This document shows, one piece after another, positions 19,783 to 30,296 of a stretch of DNA of 64,000 bases. How positions within the stretch are numbered: the stretch's first letter is position 1; each line of letters starts with the position of its first letter. The notes beneath the pieces were generated by a model. The model was not told where the DNA came from and made no database searches. It saw nothing but the letters and a program-made list of their open reading frames with translations. The DNA is from Myxococcales bacterium UBA1238 (lineage in GTDB: Bacteria > Myxococcota_A > Bradymonadia > UBA7976 > UBA1532), in the NCBI GenBank assembly GCA_002309015.1, contig DBWM01000010.1:62501-126500 (forward strand), written 5' to 3'. A program made the translations under genes and the position numbers.

Positions 19783-22700
19783 TTGAAAATGCGGAACTTA
19801 AACTTGACACAGGAGTCAATTTTGAAAGCTAAAATTCAATACTTCTTGCTAACGATTGTTGGAGGGCTGCTGTGGTCAGGTGGAGCCTTTGCCCAGGAGA
19901 AGGTGGGGACACCGGTCGCCGGGCCGCAGGCAGTGGGTGAGGAACCGGCGGTTTCTTTCATGCCTATGGACAAGGCTGAGTTTTATAAGGCCTATAAAAG
20001 CTCTGGGTATAAAGCAGCAGATGATGAAACAACTTTTTCACTCCAAACGCCAGGTTCATGTCCTGCTCAGGTAGGTTATGTGGATTTGATTGTGGGGCGT
20101 ACAGGGGCTTACGGTTCTCACACAGAGGGGGCGTTAACAAAATATGCGCCTCCAGAACAGGAAAAGAAAAGCGCTGTTTACGATGGAATGGCTTTTTTAT
20201 GTACTAAGCAAGATAACAAAACTCGCGGACGCTGGCTGTCAGAAAGCCTGGCGAATTTAGAGTATTACAATGGCTCGTTGGATTTTGCATTTGACGACGA
20301 TTCAGTGAAAAAAGACGGGAATGGGATTGCGGTAGAGTTTGATGTTCGGGCATGTGATTGCAATATAGTAATAACAGATCAAACGTATTGTGCAAGCGGT
20401 TATTATGATTGGTGGGGTAACTTGGTCTGTGAGAGGACTAGGAATTATCGTAACTGGAAGTGTAACCACTGCAAACCCCATGTGCATGTGAAATCATCAT
20501 ATAAGTTAGAGTGTAATGTATTGAAACATTGCTATGAAGTTACCAATGACTCAGGTGAGCGCATTGATACGGTAGCCGTGACTCCTTATATTGATGGTGA
20601 TTTGTATTTTAGAGGTGAATACAGCAATGACTACGCTGCGACTTCTAAAGGATCGCCAAAACTGCTTTGGGAATTTGATGAGGGTGATAATGCTTATAAT
20701 CCAACTACTTATGTAGGTTTGGTTGCATCTAATGATCCGAAAGATGAGCATTTGAATTCGTGGGAGATCAATCAATATCCCAATACTTTAAATAAGCTCA
20801 TGGCTTCTCCCACGAAGGGTTGCGTTGTCCTGGAAGACTCTATTCTGAAAAGGAAAAAAACAAATTATTCCTTGGGCCCGTCTTATGCTTCGGATGCAAC
20901 GTTGGCATCAGATCTCGACCAAAATTTAGTAACAGATGATGGTTATGATGTCACTCTTGCCATCCGTTATGACTTAGGACCTCTGAATGCAGGTGCTTCA
21001 GGTCAAATCTGTTATGAGACCCGCTTTGGTGTAGGTTTGCCTTGCTCTGATGAAGATGGTGATAATTTATGTGCAGAGGATGATAACTGCCCTACTGAAA
21101 ACAACCCCGATCAAACGGATAGCGATGGCGACGGTGTTGGCGACGCCTGCGATAACTGCCCCAATGATTTTAATGTCGATCAGGCGGATGGTGACGAAGA
21201 TGGCATCGGCGACATTTGCGACCCTGTATCTCTGCCCGTTGCGAAGTTTACCCAGGCCACCAATCCTGCGCACATCAATCGGGAGTCAGGCTTTGCGAGC
21301 GTGAACCTCGATGCTTCCGGAAGCTATGCGACGACTCCCGGTGCGACGATTACGGGCTATGAGTGGGATTTCTCTGGTGATTGCACCAACTTTAGAGACG
21401 GAAGCGATGTTACGGTCACATATGATTATACGTTTAACCCAATCCCTGACGTGAATAGCGACAGGGAACGCATCGTTTGTTTGCGCGTGACCGATTCCAA
21501 TCGGCTACAGAATACAACCAAGCACGCGGTGCGATTCAGGGCAAGCGATACGATTCCGCCGTCTGCAGACGCAGGTTCGGGCTATCACATTGTGGTGAAT
21601 TCCACTCAGGGCGTAACCTTTGACGGATCGGCGAGCTATGATCCCCAGCAGCCTGATGACTGCCCAAAGATCTTTGAATGGGATATCAATTATCGCCCAG
21701 CGGCTGGATTTGTGCGCGATAATAATCTTGCTGCTTCAACGCGAAGGTCTTGTGACCCGAATTCTCAAGGTTATCAGGCTGCTGCAAAATTTACGGTCAC
21801 CTGGGATCAATTGGTGAGCATGAATGCTCACTATGTTGGAACCTACGATGTCGTTTTGCATGTGACCGATGGTGAAGGCAATGTCAGCGAAGCGTTTACA
21901 ACTTTGACCGTTCACGAGGCGAAGCCTATGGCGGTGTTGGAGGTGAGCGGGCAAATCTGCGGTGAAAACACTTTGCTGGATGGGCGGAAATCGGATCATC
22001 CGGATCCCAATATCACGATTCAGAAATGGGAGTGGGATCTCGATAACAGCGGCAATTATGTTGAACTGCCGACCCGCGATACTGCGAATGTCGTTTATGA
22101 TCACTTCTCCATTGATCCCGATGAAAAGGTGACCGTAGGTCTCAAGGTGACCGATTCTCAGGGTAAAGAAGCTGAGACGCATGTCTCCTTTAAGGTCACC
22201 GGGAATCACGAGCCTGTGGCTGAAGCCAACGGCGATTATTCTATCATTACCAGCCTCAATTCGGCCGAAGCGTTGAATGAAACGATCACTTTGTCGGCCC
22301 TGAATTCGCATCCGGGTGTGGGTGCAGCGCGCTCTGATGCCGACTGCGGCGACGAGATCGTTTCTGCGGTGTGGACTTACAATGGGCTGGAGCTTACAGG
22401 AACGTCGGTTTCTGCCTCTGGTGAGCCCGAGTGGTTATCGACCGAAGTCACCTGGCAGACCTTAAAGGCTGCGGGCATTGAAGCAGAAGGGGAGTATACC
22501 CTCACGCTGACCGTTACGGATAAGTTCGGACAGACTGCGACCGATACTGCAGTGCTGAACGTGATCGATGCTCAGCCCAAGGCGGTGATTGCGCTTGCAC
22601 AGACCGCCCTTGATTGTGGTGAAACGATTCAGCTGAATGGTCTTCAGAGCCGTCCCGGTGTCCAAAATGATCCAAATTATGAGATCGTTAGCTATCACTG

Positions 22701-25700
22701 GGTGATTAAAGCTGGGAATGTGGAGCTTTTGACAAGCGATGAGTCTATGTTTGATTATCAGGCCAATCTGCTCCATGACGCGGCGCCCGATGTTTCACTC
22801 ACGATTGAACTGACGGTCACCGATAAGCAGAATCGCACAGATAAAGCGACCAAAGAGTTGCGTTTGGAATATAACACAACCTCTAATACTCCACCGACGC
22901 CAGTTCCTGGTGGCGATTATCACACCGCGTTTAAGACTACAGGCGGTCTATTCTCTGCAATCATAGATGGCAGTCGGTCTTTCGAATCTGATCCTTGTGA
23001 TGAGATTATCTCATATGAATGGACGATTAAGAAGACGGATGGAGCAGAAAATGCTCAGGTCATTTCGACCGCAAAGTCATTTGATATTGCAGAAAAAGCA
23101 TCGTTTATTTCCTTTGAAGGCGAAAAAGCGACATATGAGCTCATTCTGAAGGTTTGCGATACCTTTGGTGACTGTGATTCGGGTTCTGCCATTTTGACGG
23201 TCGATGATAAAGCGCCGCCCGTCATCGTTGTCGATGATGCCTATATCAATCTGGAAGGCAGCAATGGTTGCTTTGGCGCTCAAATAGAGGGTGAAGCGAC
23301 CAAAGAAACAGTGAGCATCAAATTCCAGGCAGCGGATCCCAACGCTTCTGTACTGACCATTACACCGCGTTTGGAGAGTGCTTCTCAAAATTACGTTTTA
23401 ACGACGATTGAGACTGCATTGTCCACTCCTACTGATGGCTCTATGACAGAATGGCAGTTTGCGACTGTGAATTTAACGAAGGATGCAGGTGGCAATGATG
23501 TTAAGGATGGCGTTTACTCGCTTATTCTTTCGGCTGCAACCAATGCTGCGACGCCTGTCACTGCGAATTCCAGTCCTGTGGGACCGATTACAATCGATCG
23601 TACGGCACCTGTGATTACGATTTCGAGCAGATCTAATATTTGCTACGTGAATGAGGACATCGCGCCTTCATATGTAGTTACCGATAACATCGACAACAAT
23701 CCTTATCGTGCGGTCTCTATGGCAACAGGTGAGAGCTGTCTGCGGACGCTGACGATCACTGCGCGCGATGCCTGCGGTAATACTGCAGCTCAGGACTGGG
23801 GCTTCAGGTTGGCTCAGCCTGTTTCGTTTACCCTGGATGCTCCCGAAGAAAATGCATTGGTGCCCAGCGCGACGATTAAGTGGACTTTAGACATGCACGA
23901 GGGTTGCTTTGACGACGGGTTTGAAGCCAAGTATCAACGAAACGATGGGGCAGAGCTCGATTATGTTCCAGAGAGTGTGCTGAGCATTCCCGGCAATTAC
24001 ACGGTAAGGGTTTCTGCAAGTAACTGTGCTCAGCAAGGCACTTATACGGTGATCCGGCATTTCAGAGTGAATGAGAAGCCGACAGCGGTCGCCATGCCCG
24101 AGCTTCACGGTCAGGTGGTTGATGGACATTATCAAATTCAACAAGGTGGAACGCTGATCTTGAACGGCAGCAGCTCCAGGCCTCCTGAACTTGATGATGA
24201 AATTAAAACCTATGAATGGACTTTAACTTCGTCTGATGACACCGTGATCGGTACGTATACAGGCGTCGAACCCTCCGTCACACTTCCTGACAGCGGAACC
24301 GTTAAGGGTCAGTTGAAGGTGACCGATTCCTTTGGACTTGAAGGCGTCACCGATTTTGAAATTGAAGTCACCGATGTGGATCCCATTCCGAACCCCGGCG
24401 GTCCTTACATTGTGCATCGGGGGGATGTCGCGACTTTCGACGGTTCGCTGAGCACTCCGGGAAGTGCAAATGAACCGATTGTCAAGTATTTATGGGTCTT
24501 TGGCGAAACTCCCGCTACTGTGACAACACCGATTTTAGATGCACTGGGCGCTTCGCCAGCAATCTCTTCGCCTGACGAGATTTACGAGACCCATGTTTTT
24601 GATGAAGAGGGCACTTATTATGCGACATTGTTCGTTTGCGACAAGGATTCTTGTGCATCGGCATCCGTGAAAGTGACCGTTCTGGATTGTTCTCCGCGGA
24701 TTGGCCAGGCGACTCTGCCTGAGCATCCGCATGAAATTGTGCCCTTTGATTTGACGTTTGATATTTCAGCTTGTTCAGATTCCGATCCCCTCAAATCTGT
24801 TGAGTGGGAATTTGATGACCATGCAGTTGCGTGGGATTTTGATAACGCTGATGACGAGAGGAAGAAAACCGTCGACTGTGATTCGCGTTCGGATTGCAAC
24901 CGGAAGACCTTCCAGTTCCGTACTGCTGGTCAGTACGCGGTGCGTGTGACGGCATATGATACGAATTCTTCTACGACCCAGTTGCTGATGGTGAACGTGG
25001 AAGAAATCACGCTGCCTCAATTGATCGATTACCTTGGAGACAGGCTGCGTGCGCATCTTAGGAAAGTGGAAGCCGGTGTCGCTAATTTGGTCGGTGGCGT
25101 GCTCAATATGACGTATAACTCGTCGGGGGCGGGTCGAGAGGGCCTCATCAAAGCAGTGCTGACGTACAATGACAAGGCCGCCTGGGGTGAGCGTCATGGT
25201 TTCCGTGGAAATACGTTGGAAGCGCTCGATAAAGTCGGGGTCACGTTGAATGACCTGATGGAAGATTTGACGAAAGCGAATCCCAGTTCCAGGAAGTATG
25301 TGCTGGAGCTTTGGGCTTTAGCGCGTCAGCTTGAACGCGAAGTGACCCGGCTTGAGGCGAAACGTTTGGCTGATGGTGTTGAAGCAGATCACCCCAGCAT
25401 GCTGGCGGCGCGCGAATCGATCAATGCGGTGGTTTCACGCTTCACGAATGATGGAAGTGATGCATCGGGTGACAGTTTTGAAGCCGTGCTGCAGAGCAAG
25501 CCGTTGGTTATCGATCAGCTTTGGCATGATACCTATAACGCTTATTACTGGCTGATGGATGCGGTCGACGCCTGCAATCAGTACGATGACTTCATGATGG
25601 ATGAGGTTACTTATGCGGATCCTTTGGCTCGCGTAGAAAACTCGGGATCTGTGGTCAACGAGGATCTGATCGAAGCGCTGGAGGATTTGGCGGCTGAAAT

Positions 25701-26259
25701 CGATGCCTATGCGAAAGCGGGTGCAGATACGGATGATTACGGCCCTGCCCACGAAGATGCAGAGGAAGCGTTGGCGATTCTGAACAACATTCGCCAGTAT
25801 CAGTCTCTGCCCATTCCTCTCGTTTGCCCCGAAGGTCAGACCTGCATTACAGACCGCGAGGCTTTGGAACTGGAGTTGAATCTCATTAAGCTGGCAAGCC
25901 TGCTGCAGTCGATGTCTTCGGCCTATGTTTACACGCGCAACTGGCAGAATTGTCTGGTTCTGGCCACCCAATTCCGTATCGAGGTTTCGATCCTTCGCGT
26001 CGGTTACGTTTGCGGTGAAAACATGGGTGACTACTTGCGTGCTCGCGCAGCTCAACGCGCAGGCCTTGCGAAGCTGAAGGACGGTGATTTTAATGCCAAC
26101 CTCGATGCTTTGAAGTACTACAGTATGATTGATCAGCAATGCCTGATGATCGATATTTACAATAAGTGTCTGTGCTCCAATGTGATGGGCCTGAACGAAA
26201 TCAATACACCTTATGAGGTGCCTGCGGCATGCATCCATGATGACCTCTCGGATGAGTAA
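19783..26259 (+). CDS. Giant secreted adhesin-like protein. Signal peptide, thrombospondin type-3 Ca-binding repeats, ~10 PKD/Ig-like domains, and a non-repetitive ~430-aa C-terminal domain.
   Basis: 2158 aa. Signal peptide [21 protein letters not shown]3 repeats [58 protein letters not shown]. Recurrent PKD signatures ([42 protein letters not shown]). GC is visibly lower than the flanking genes. Confidence 0.75.
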   Translation: MKMRNLNLTQESILKAKIQYFLLTIVGGLLWSGGAFAQEKVGTPVAGPQAVGEEPAVSFMPMDKAEFYKAYKSSGYKAADDETTFSLQTPGSCPAQVGYVDLIVGRTGAYGSHTEGALTKYAPPEQEKKSAVYDGMAFLCTKQDNKTRGRWLSESLANLEYYNGSLDFAFDDDSVKKDGNGIAVEFDVRACDCNIVITDQTYCASGYYDWWGNLVCERTRNYRNWKCNHCKPHVHVKSSYKLECNVLKHCYEVTNDSGERIDTVAVTPYIDGDLYFRGEYSNDYAATSKGSPKLLWEFDEGDNAYNPTTYVGLVASNDPKDEHLNSWEINQYPNTLNKLMASPTKGCVVLEDSILKRKKTNYSLGPSYASDATLASDLDQNLVTDDGYDVTLAIRYDLGPLNAGASGQICYETRFGVGLPCSDEDGDNLCAEDDNCPTENNPDQTDSDGDGVGDACDNCPNDFNVDQADGDEDGIGDICDPVSLPVAKFTQATNPAHINRESGFASVNLDASGSYATTPGATITGYEWDFSGDCTNFRDGSDVTVTYDYTFNPIPDVNSDRERIVCLRVTDSNRLQNTTKHAVRFRASDTIPPSADAGSGYHIVVNSTQGVTFDGSASYDPQQPDDCPKIFEWDINYRPAAGFVRDNNLAASTRRSCDPNSQGYQAAAKFTVTWDQLVSMNAHYVGTYDVVLHVTDGEGNVSEAFTTLTVHEAKPMAVLEVSGQICGENTLLDGRKSDHPDPNITIQKWEWDLDNSGNYVELPTRDTANVVYDHFSIDPDEKVTVGLKVTDSQGKEAETHVSFKVTGNHEPVAEANGDYSIITSLNSAEALNETITLSALNSHPGVGAARSDADCGDEIVSAVWTYNGLELTGTSVSASGEPEWLSTEVTWQTLKAAGIEAEGEYTLTLTVTDKFGQTATDTAVLNVIDAQPKAVIALAQTALDCGETIQLNGLQSRPGVQNDPNYEIVSYHWVIKAGNVELLTSDESMFDYQANLLHDAAPDVSLTIELTVTDKQNRTDKATKELRLEYNTTSNTPPTPVPGGDYHTAFKTTGGLFSAIIDGSRSFESDPCDEIISYEWTIKKTDGAENAQVISTAKSFDIAEKASFISFEGEKATYELILKVCDTFGDCDSGSAILTVDDKAPPVIVVDDAYINLEGSNGCFGAQIEGEATKETVSIKFQAADPNASVLTITPRLESASQNYVLTTIETALSTPTDGSMTEWQFATVNLTKDAGGNDVKDGVYSLILSAATNAATPVTANSSPVGPITIDRTAPVITISSRSNICYVNEDIAPSYVVTDNIDNNPYRAVSMATGESCLRTLTITARDACGNTAAQDWGFRLAQPVSFTLDAPEENALVPSATIKWTLDMHEGCFDDGFEAKYQRNDGAELDYVPESVLSIPGNYTVRVSASNCAQQGTYTVIRHFRVNEKPTAVAMPELHGQVVDGHYQIQQGGTLILNGSSSRPPELDDEIKTYEWTLTSSDDTVIGTYTGVEPSVTLPDSGTVKGQLKVTDSFGLEGVTDFEIEVTDVDPIPNPGGPYIVHRGDVATFDGSLSTPGSANEPIVKYLWVFGETPATVTTPILDALGASPAISSPDEIYETHVFDEEGTYYATLFVCDKDSCASASVKVTVLDCSPRIGQATLPEHPHEIVPFDLTFDISACSDSDPLKSVEWEFDDHAVAWDFDNADDERKKTVDCDSRSDCNRKTFQFRTAGQYAVRVTAYDTNSSTTQLLMVNVEEITLPQLIDYLGDRLRAHLRKVEAGVANLVGGVLNMTYNSSGAGREGLIKAVLTYNDKAAWGERHGFRGNTLEALDKVGVTLNDLMEDLTKANPSSRKYVLELWALARQLEREVTRLEAKRLADGVEADHPSMLAARESINAVVSRFTNDGSDASGDSFEAVLQSKPLVIDQLWHDTYNAYYWLMDAVDACNQYDDFMMDEVTYADPLARVENSGSVVNEDLIEALEDLAAEIDAYAKAGADTDDYGPAHEDAEEALAILNNIRQYQSLPIPLVCPEGQTCITDREALELELNLIKLASLLQSMSSAYVYTRNWQNCLVLATQFRIEVSILRVGYVCGENMGDYLRARAAQRAGLAKLKDGDFNANLDALKYYSMIDQQCLMIDIYNKCLCSNVMGLNEINTPYEVPAACIHDDLSDE

Positions 26260-26611
26260 ACTTCCTGTCCGCTTCTCCCCGCCTTAAACGCCCTCTCTTT
26301 TGATGCTCCATTTCAATCCAAGCTTTGATTTCAATCCAACCTTGGCCGCTGGCTGGTGACGCTTCCATCGATTGCAATTCCATCTTGCGAGTGATGCAGT
26401 CTCATGCCAGGGAATGGGGAGAGCGCATCTTTAATTCAGCTCACCCGCAGCTTGCAGGGGGAGAAGTCCTGCCTTCACTCCAGACATCTTTTACCTTTAC
26501 GCCACAGCACCTGAAACCTGATGCCTCGTTATCGTTGAGTTGAGGGCATAAAGGCCCCACCTGCCGGGCGTGCAGTGCGCCATTGGAAGGTTTGCAGGTT
26601 GCAATTGGAGG

Positions 26612-27211
26612 CTATCTCGAGGGTTGCGGGGAGGCGAGGAAGGCGGTGACGGTGCGATCTTCGATGGAGACGAGTTTGATCCCCGGGAGGGTGAGATCGC
26701 TGGGATGCTCGATCACGAGGCATTCTGCGAAGGGCGTGGTCTGCCAGATCGAGAGGATCCGATCGAGTTTGCGGGAGTGGTAGGGTGGATCGGCGAAGGC
26801 GTAGTCATAGGCGTGGGCGGAGAGGGCGGCGGAGAAGGGGATCGCGTCGCGCTTGAACAACCGGGCCGCCTGGTGTTTACCGGAGGGTCGTGTGCCTTTG
26901 GCGAGCGGTGCGAGTCTGCGGGCCGCGATGTTCGCCTTGAGGGCATGGAGTGCGGGGGGACCATCTTCGACAAAGTCGCAGCAGGCAGCCCCACGTGACA
27001 GCGCCTCGAGTCCCAGGGATCCGGTCCCTGCAAAGAGATCGAGGACTTTTGCATCCGTAAGGGGCGGCCATGGATCGCGCGCATTGCGAAGGGGTGAGTC
27101 GCTTGTGAGGGCTGCAAAGAGCGCTTCACGGAGATCTTCTCTCGATGGGCGGACGGGGCCTCCCGGTGATACGAGGGGCGCTCCACGCCATTTTCCACCT
27201 ACAATTCGCAT
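26612..27211 (-). CDS. rsmD: 16S rRNA (guanine966-N2)-methyltransferase RsmD
   Basis: 199 aa. MRIVGGKWRG..., SAM-binding motif VLDLFAGTGSLGLEALSRGA, DPPY-like motif FADPPY. Confidence 0.8.
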   Translation of the reverse strand: MRIVGGKWRGAPLVSPGGPVRPSREDLREALFAALTSDSPLRNARDPWPPLTDAKVLDLFAGTGSLGLEALSRGAACCDFVEDGPPALHALKANIAARRLAPLAKGTRPSGKHQAARLFKRDAIPFSAALSAHAYDYAFADPPYHSRKLDRILSIWQTTPFAECLVIEHPSDLTLPGIKLVSIEDRTVTAFLASPQPSR

Positions 27212-27402
27212 CGGTCGTCTTTATGCTCCAATGAAGAGGGAAGGAAACTGCGCGAGATGCGCATAAGGGGGACGATCAGGTGAAGATGAATCTCAGCCTG
27301 CATCGACGTGATGCGGCGAGATATGGTTGTTGGACTTGCCATTTCGGAATCTGTTCAATATATTTGCAATATTAAAGATATGATTTCAAGTAATTAATAA
27401 AA

Positions 27403-27882
27403 ATGAAACAAGACATCATTGAAGTGATTAATTTACTAGCAAACGAATCAGATGATTTCTTTGCAAAAGGTGAAGTTGAATCTTCAAAAATCGCTCAAGC
27501 GGAAGAAACTTTAGGAGTCCATTTTTCTAAAGACTTTTGGGAATATACTCAGAAATTTGGATACATAGAAGCTGATGGAATGGAATTATGCGGAGTGGTG
27601 GATTCTCGACATGTATCTACCGTTATCCGAACGCAGTATATGCGTGACAATTTTTCAGATTTCCCGAAGGATTGCTATGTGATTGAGTCCGTTGGAATTG
27701 ACAACGCAGTAATCATGCAGAAATCCGATGGAAAAGTCTATCAATTTTTGCATAATCATAAATTGATGCTTTTTGCAAATTCCTTGAATGAATATCTGCT
27801 TGGCAAAAAAATGAAGCCCGAGACAAACGCAGTGAATATTGGAAGTCACGAGCGAATGATTGATAACCAAGGATATCAGTAG
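27403..27882 (+). CDS. SMI1/KNR4 (SUKH-1) family protein, a putative orphan polymorphic-toxin immunity protein
   Basis: 159 aa, strongly AT-rich (~37% GC) in a ~60% GC background. N-terminal pattern IAQAEETLGVHFSKDFWEYTQKFGYIE matches the SUKH-1 signature 'i..aE..LG..fP.dY..F...yNG'. Confidence 0.55.
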   Translation: MKQDIIEVINLLANESDDFFAKGEVESSKIAQAEETLGVHFSKDFWEYTQKFGYIEADGMELCGVVDSRHVSTVIRTQYMRDNFSDFPKDCYVIESVGIDNAVIMQKSDGKVYQFLHNHKLMLFANSLNEYLLGKKMKPETNAVNIGSHERMIDNQGYQ

Positions 27883-28344
27883 AGGCGAAATTTTTCCACC
27901 CTTATATCATATATAAAGTCATCATCAAGCTCCGCCGCCTTTTGGTTTCTTCCAATGTGGGGCTGCCTTCAGCAAGAAGGCTTTATATGTTCTCCAGTAG
28001 CCACAACATCAGCGCGCAATCCGGCAGATGCCCCCAAGAGGATCGATCATGGACTGCAAGCCTGCCGTATATTCTGTGCGGGATGTATCCCAACGATACA
28101 GGGAAACAGGTTCAGAATCTACAGCTGAATGGATGATCTTCTACATGCGCGTTGTAGATCATGATCGACATCGACGATGATCAGATCCGATGAGCACGCC
28201 AGAGCGCTTCGCTTCGATCGATCCATGATATCACGTGCATGAATTTCATGATCCACACGCACGCCTTTGATCTCCGTATGCGGTGTACCTTAAAGGCGTA
28301 CGTGATGGGGATTGTGGAAGATCGATCCGCCGAATGGCTACAGC

Positions 28345-30159
28345 TTAGGCGTCCCGGTTCTCGGGTTCGGGGGGCTGGATCAGCGCGATGTTCGCCTCGA
28401 TGAGCTGCTGGGGGTTGGCCACCGAGGGGGCACCGGTCATGAGGCAGGACGCAGAGGTCGTCTTGGGGAAGGCGATCACGTCGCGGATGTTGTCGGTTCC
28501 GGTGAGGAGCATCATCAAGCGATCCATACCGATGGCCAGGCCGCCGTGCGGAGGTGTGCCGTAGGTGAGGGCATCGAGGAGGAACCCAAAGCGGGTACGG
28601 GACTCCTCTTCGGTGAGGCCCAGGAGCTTAAAGACGCGCTTCTGCACCGATTGATCGTGGATACGGATCGACCCACCACCGAGTTCATAGCCGTTGAGGA
28701 CGACGTCGTAGGCCTGTGCGAGCACAGATCCAGGGTCACTTTCGAGGCGATCCAGGTCGTCGGGACGGGGTGAGGTGAACGGGTGGTGCATAGCGAACCA
28801 TCGACCGGCTTCCTGATCATATTCGAACATGGGGAAGTCGGTGACCCACAGGAACGCATACTTGCTGTTGTCGATCAGCCCCAGATCGCGACCGAGTTGA
28901 AGACGGAGGGCGCCCAGTGCGGCACAGGTGGTCGTGAAGTTGTCGGCCACAATAAAGGCAACGGAACCCGGTTTGACGCCCAGCTTGGCGGTGAGGGTCG
29001 CATGCTCCGCATCCGAGATGAACTTGCCGAAGGGTGCCTGCCAGCTGCCATCGTCCTTGACCTTCAACCAGGCCATACCCTTGGCGCCATACAGCTTGCA
29101 AAGGCTGGTGAGCTTGTCGAGGCGGCCACGCCCAAAGTCGCCCTTGGAGGCTTCCTCGGGGGAGAGAACGATCGCCTTGATGACGCCTCCATTGTTCGCC
29201 GTATCGTGGAAGACCGAGAACCCGGACGACTTGCCTTCTTCTGTGAGGTCAACAAATTCCAGGCCGAAGCGAACATCGGGTTTGTCGGAGCCGTACCTGT
29301 TCATCGCGTCGTGCCAGGTGATATGCGGGAACTTGGCGGGGATATCTACGCCCTTGGCTTCCTTGAACACCGCACCGAGCATATGCTCGACCACATCCTG
29401 GATGATCTCGGGTGTGGTGAACGACATCTCCATGTCTATCTGGGTGAACTCGGGTTGGCGATCGGCGCGGAGATCTTCGTCGCGGAAGCAGTGACAGATC
29501 TGGAAGTAACGGTCGAAGCCAGACACCATGAGCAGCTGCTTGAACAGCTGGGGGCTTTGTGGGAGGGCGTAGAAGCAGCCGGGGTGGATCCGGCTGGGCA
29601 CCAGGTAATCGCGGGCACCTTCGGGGCTGGTGTTGGCGAGCACGGGGGTCTCGATCTCGAGGAACCCACGTTCACTGAGGGAGCGGCGGACGATCTGGTT
29701 GACCTGGGAGCGGAGGATCAGCTTTTGCTGCAAGGGGGCACGCCGCAGATCCAGGAAGCGATAGCGCAGCTTGAGCTCTTCTGCGGTGTCGATGTCGTCT
29801 CTGATGTGGAAGGGCGGCAACTGTGCGGCATTGAAGATTTGAATCTGTTTGACGAGCACCTCGATCTCGCCCGTCGGCATGTTCGGGTTCCGGTTCTCAC
29901 CCCGGTCCTCCACCACGCCGCGAACCGCGACCACATACTCGTTGCGCACCTGGGATCCGATCCCGAAGGCCTCGGGTTCGGCATTCTGGTCGAACTTGAG
30001 CTGGGTCAGGCCGTAGCGGTCACGCAGTACGACAAAGATGCAGGCGCCCATATCGCGGCGGTTCTGCACCCATCCCATCAACACGACTTCCTGGCCGATG
30101 TGAGCGGCCCGCAGTTCCCCACAGTTGTGGGTCCTCTGTAACTCGCGTAGAAATTCCAT
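28345..30159 (-). CDS. aspS: Aspartate--tRNA ligase (class II)
   Basis: 604 aa. N-terminal OB fold (ELRAAHIGQEVVLMGWVQNRRDMG), class-II motifs FRDEDLRADRQPEFTQIDMEMSF and GGGSIRIHD. Confidence 0.93.
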   Translation of the reverse strand: MEFLRELQRTHNCGELRAAHIGQEVVLMGWVQNRRDMGACIFVVLRDRYGLTQLKFDQNAEPEAFGIGSQVRNEYVVAVRGVVEDRGENRNPNMPTGEIEVLVKQIQIFNAAQLPPFHIRDDIDTAEELKLRYRFLDLRRAPLQQKLILRSQVNQIVRRSLSERGFLEIETPVLANTSPEGARDYLVPSRIHPGCFYALPQSPQLFKQLLMVSGFDRYFQICHCFRDEDLRADRQPEFTQIDMEMSFTTPEIIQDVVEHMLGAVFKEAKGVDIPAKFPHITWHDAMNRYGSDKPDVRFGLEFVDLTEEGKSSGFSVFHDTANNGGVIKAIVLSPEEASKGDFGRGRLDKLTSLCKLYGAKGMAWLKVKDDGSWQAPFGKFISDAEHATLTAKLGVKPGSVAFIVADNFTTTCAALGALRLQLGRDLGLIDNSKYAFLWVTDFPMFEYDQEAGRWFAMHHPFTSPRPDDLDRLESDPGSVLAQAYDVVLNGYELGGGSIRIHDQSVQKRVFKLLGLTEEESRTRFGFLLDALTYGTPPHGGLAIGMDRLMMLLTGTDNIRDVIAFPKTTSASCLMTGAPSVANPQQLIEANIALIQPPEPENRDA

Positions 30160-30296
30160 GGCGACTCCTGTGCAAAAAGCGCGTCATGTTATGGATCCTG
30201 CGTTGCGATGGCAAGGGCCTCGTGAGCTCATGATACCCTTGCGAATCATGGCGGGTTTTGGTAGGCCATGCCGTTTTACTCAAGGGAGATCAGCGA

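Noticed and set aside
25435-26238. 267-aa minus-strand ORF inside the 3' end of the giant adhesin gene
   Set aside because: It is antisense to a continuous 2158-aa reading frame. No start or RBS context supports it. Most likely spurious.
26260-27402. Idea that the SUKH gene is the cognate immunity partner directly downstream of the giant adhesin, i.e. a classic toxin-immunity pair
   Set aside because: The housekeeping rsmD lies between them on the opposite strand. The adhesin C-terminus shows no recognisable toxin motif. The SUKH gene's GC content differs sharply from the adhesin's. The possibility is kept only as an orphan or remnant hypothesis.
28783-30141. 452-aa plus-strand ORF
   Set aside because: It is antisense to aspS over its whole length, with no domain signature.
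30125-30296. Upstream extension of the TPR-protein ORF
   Set aside because: It overlaps the 5' coding end of aspS on the opposite strand. The in-frame ATG at 30297 is chosen instead.
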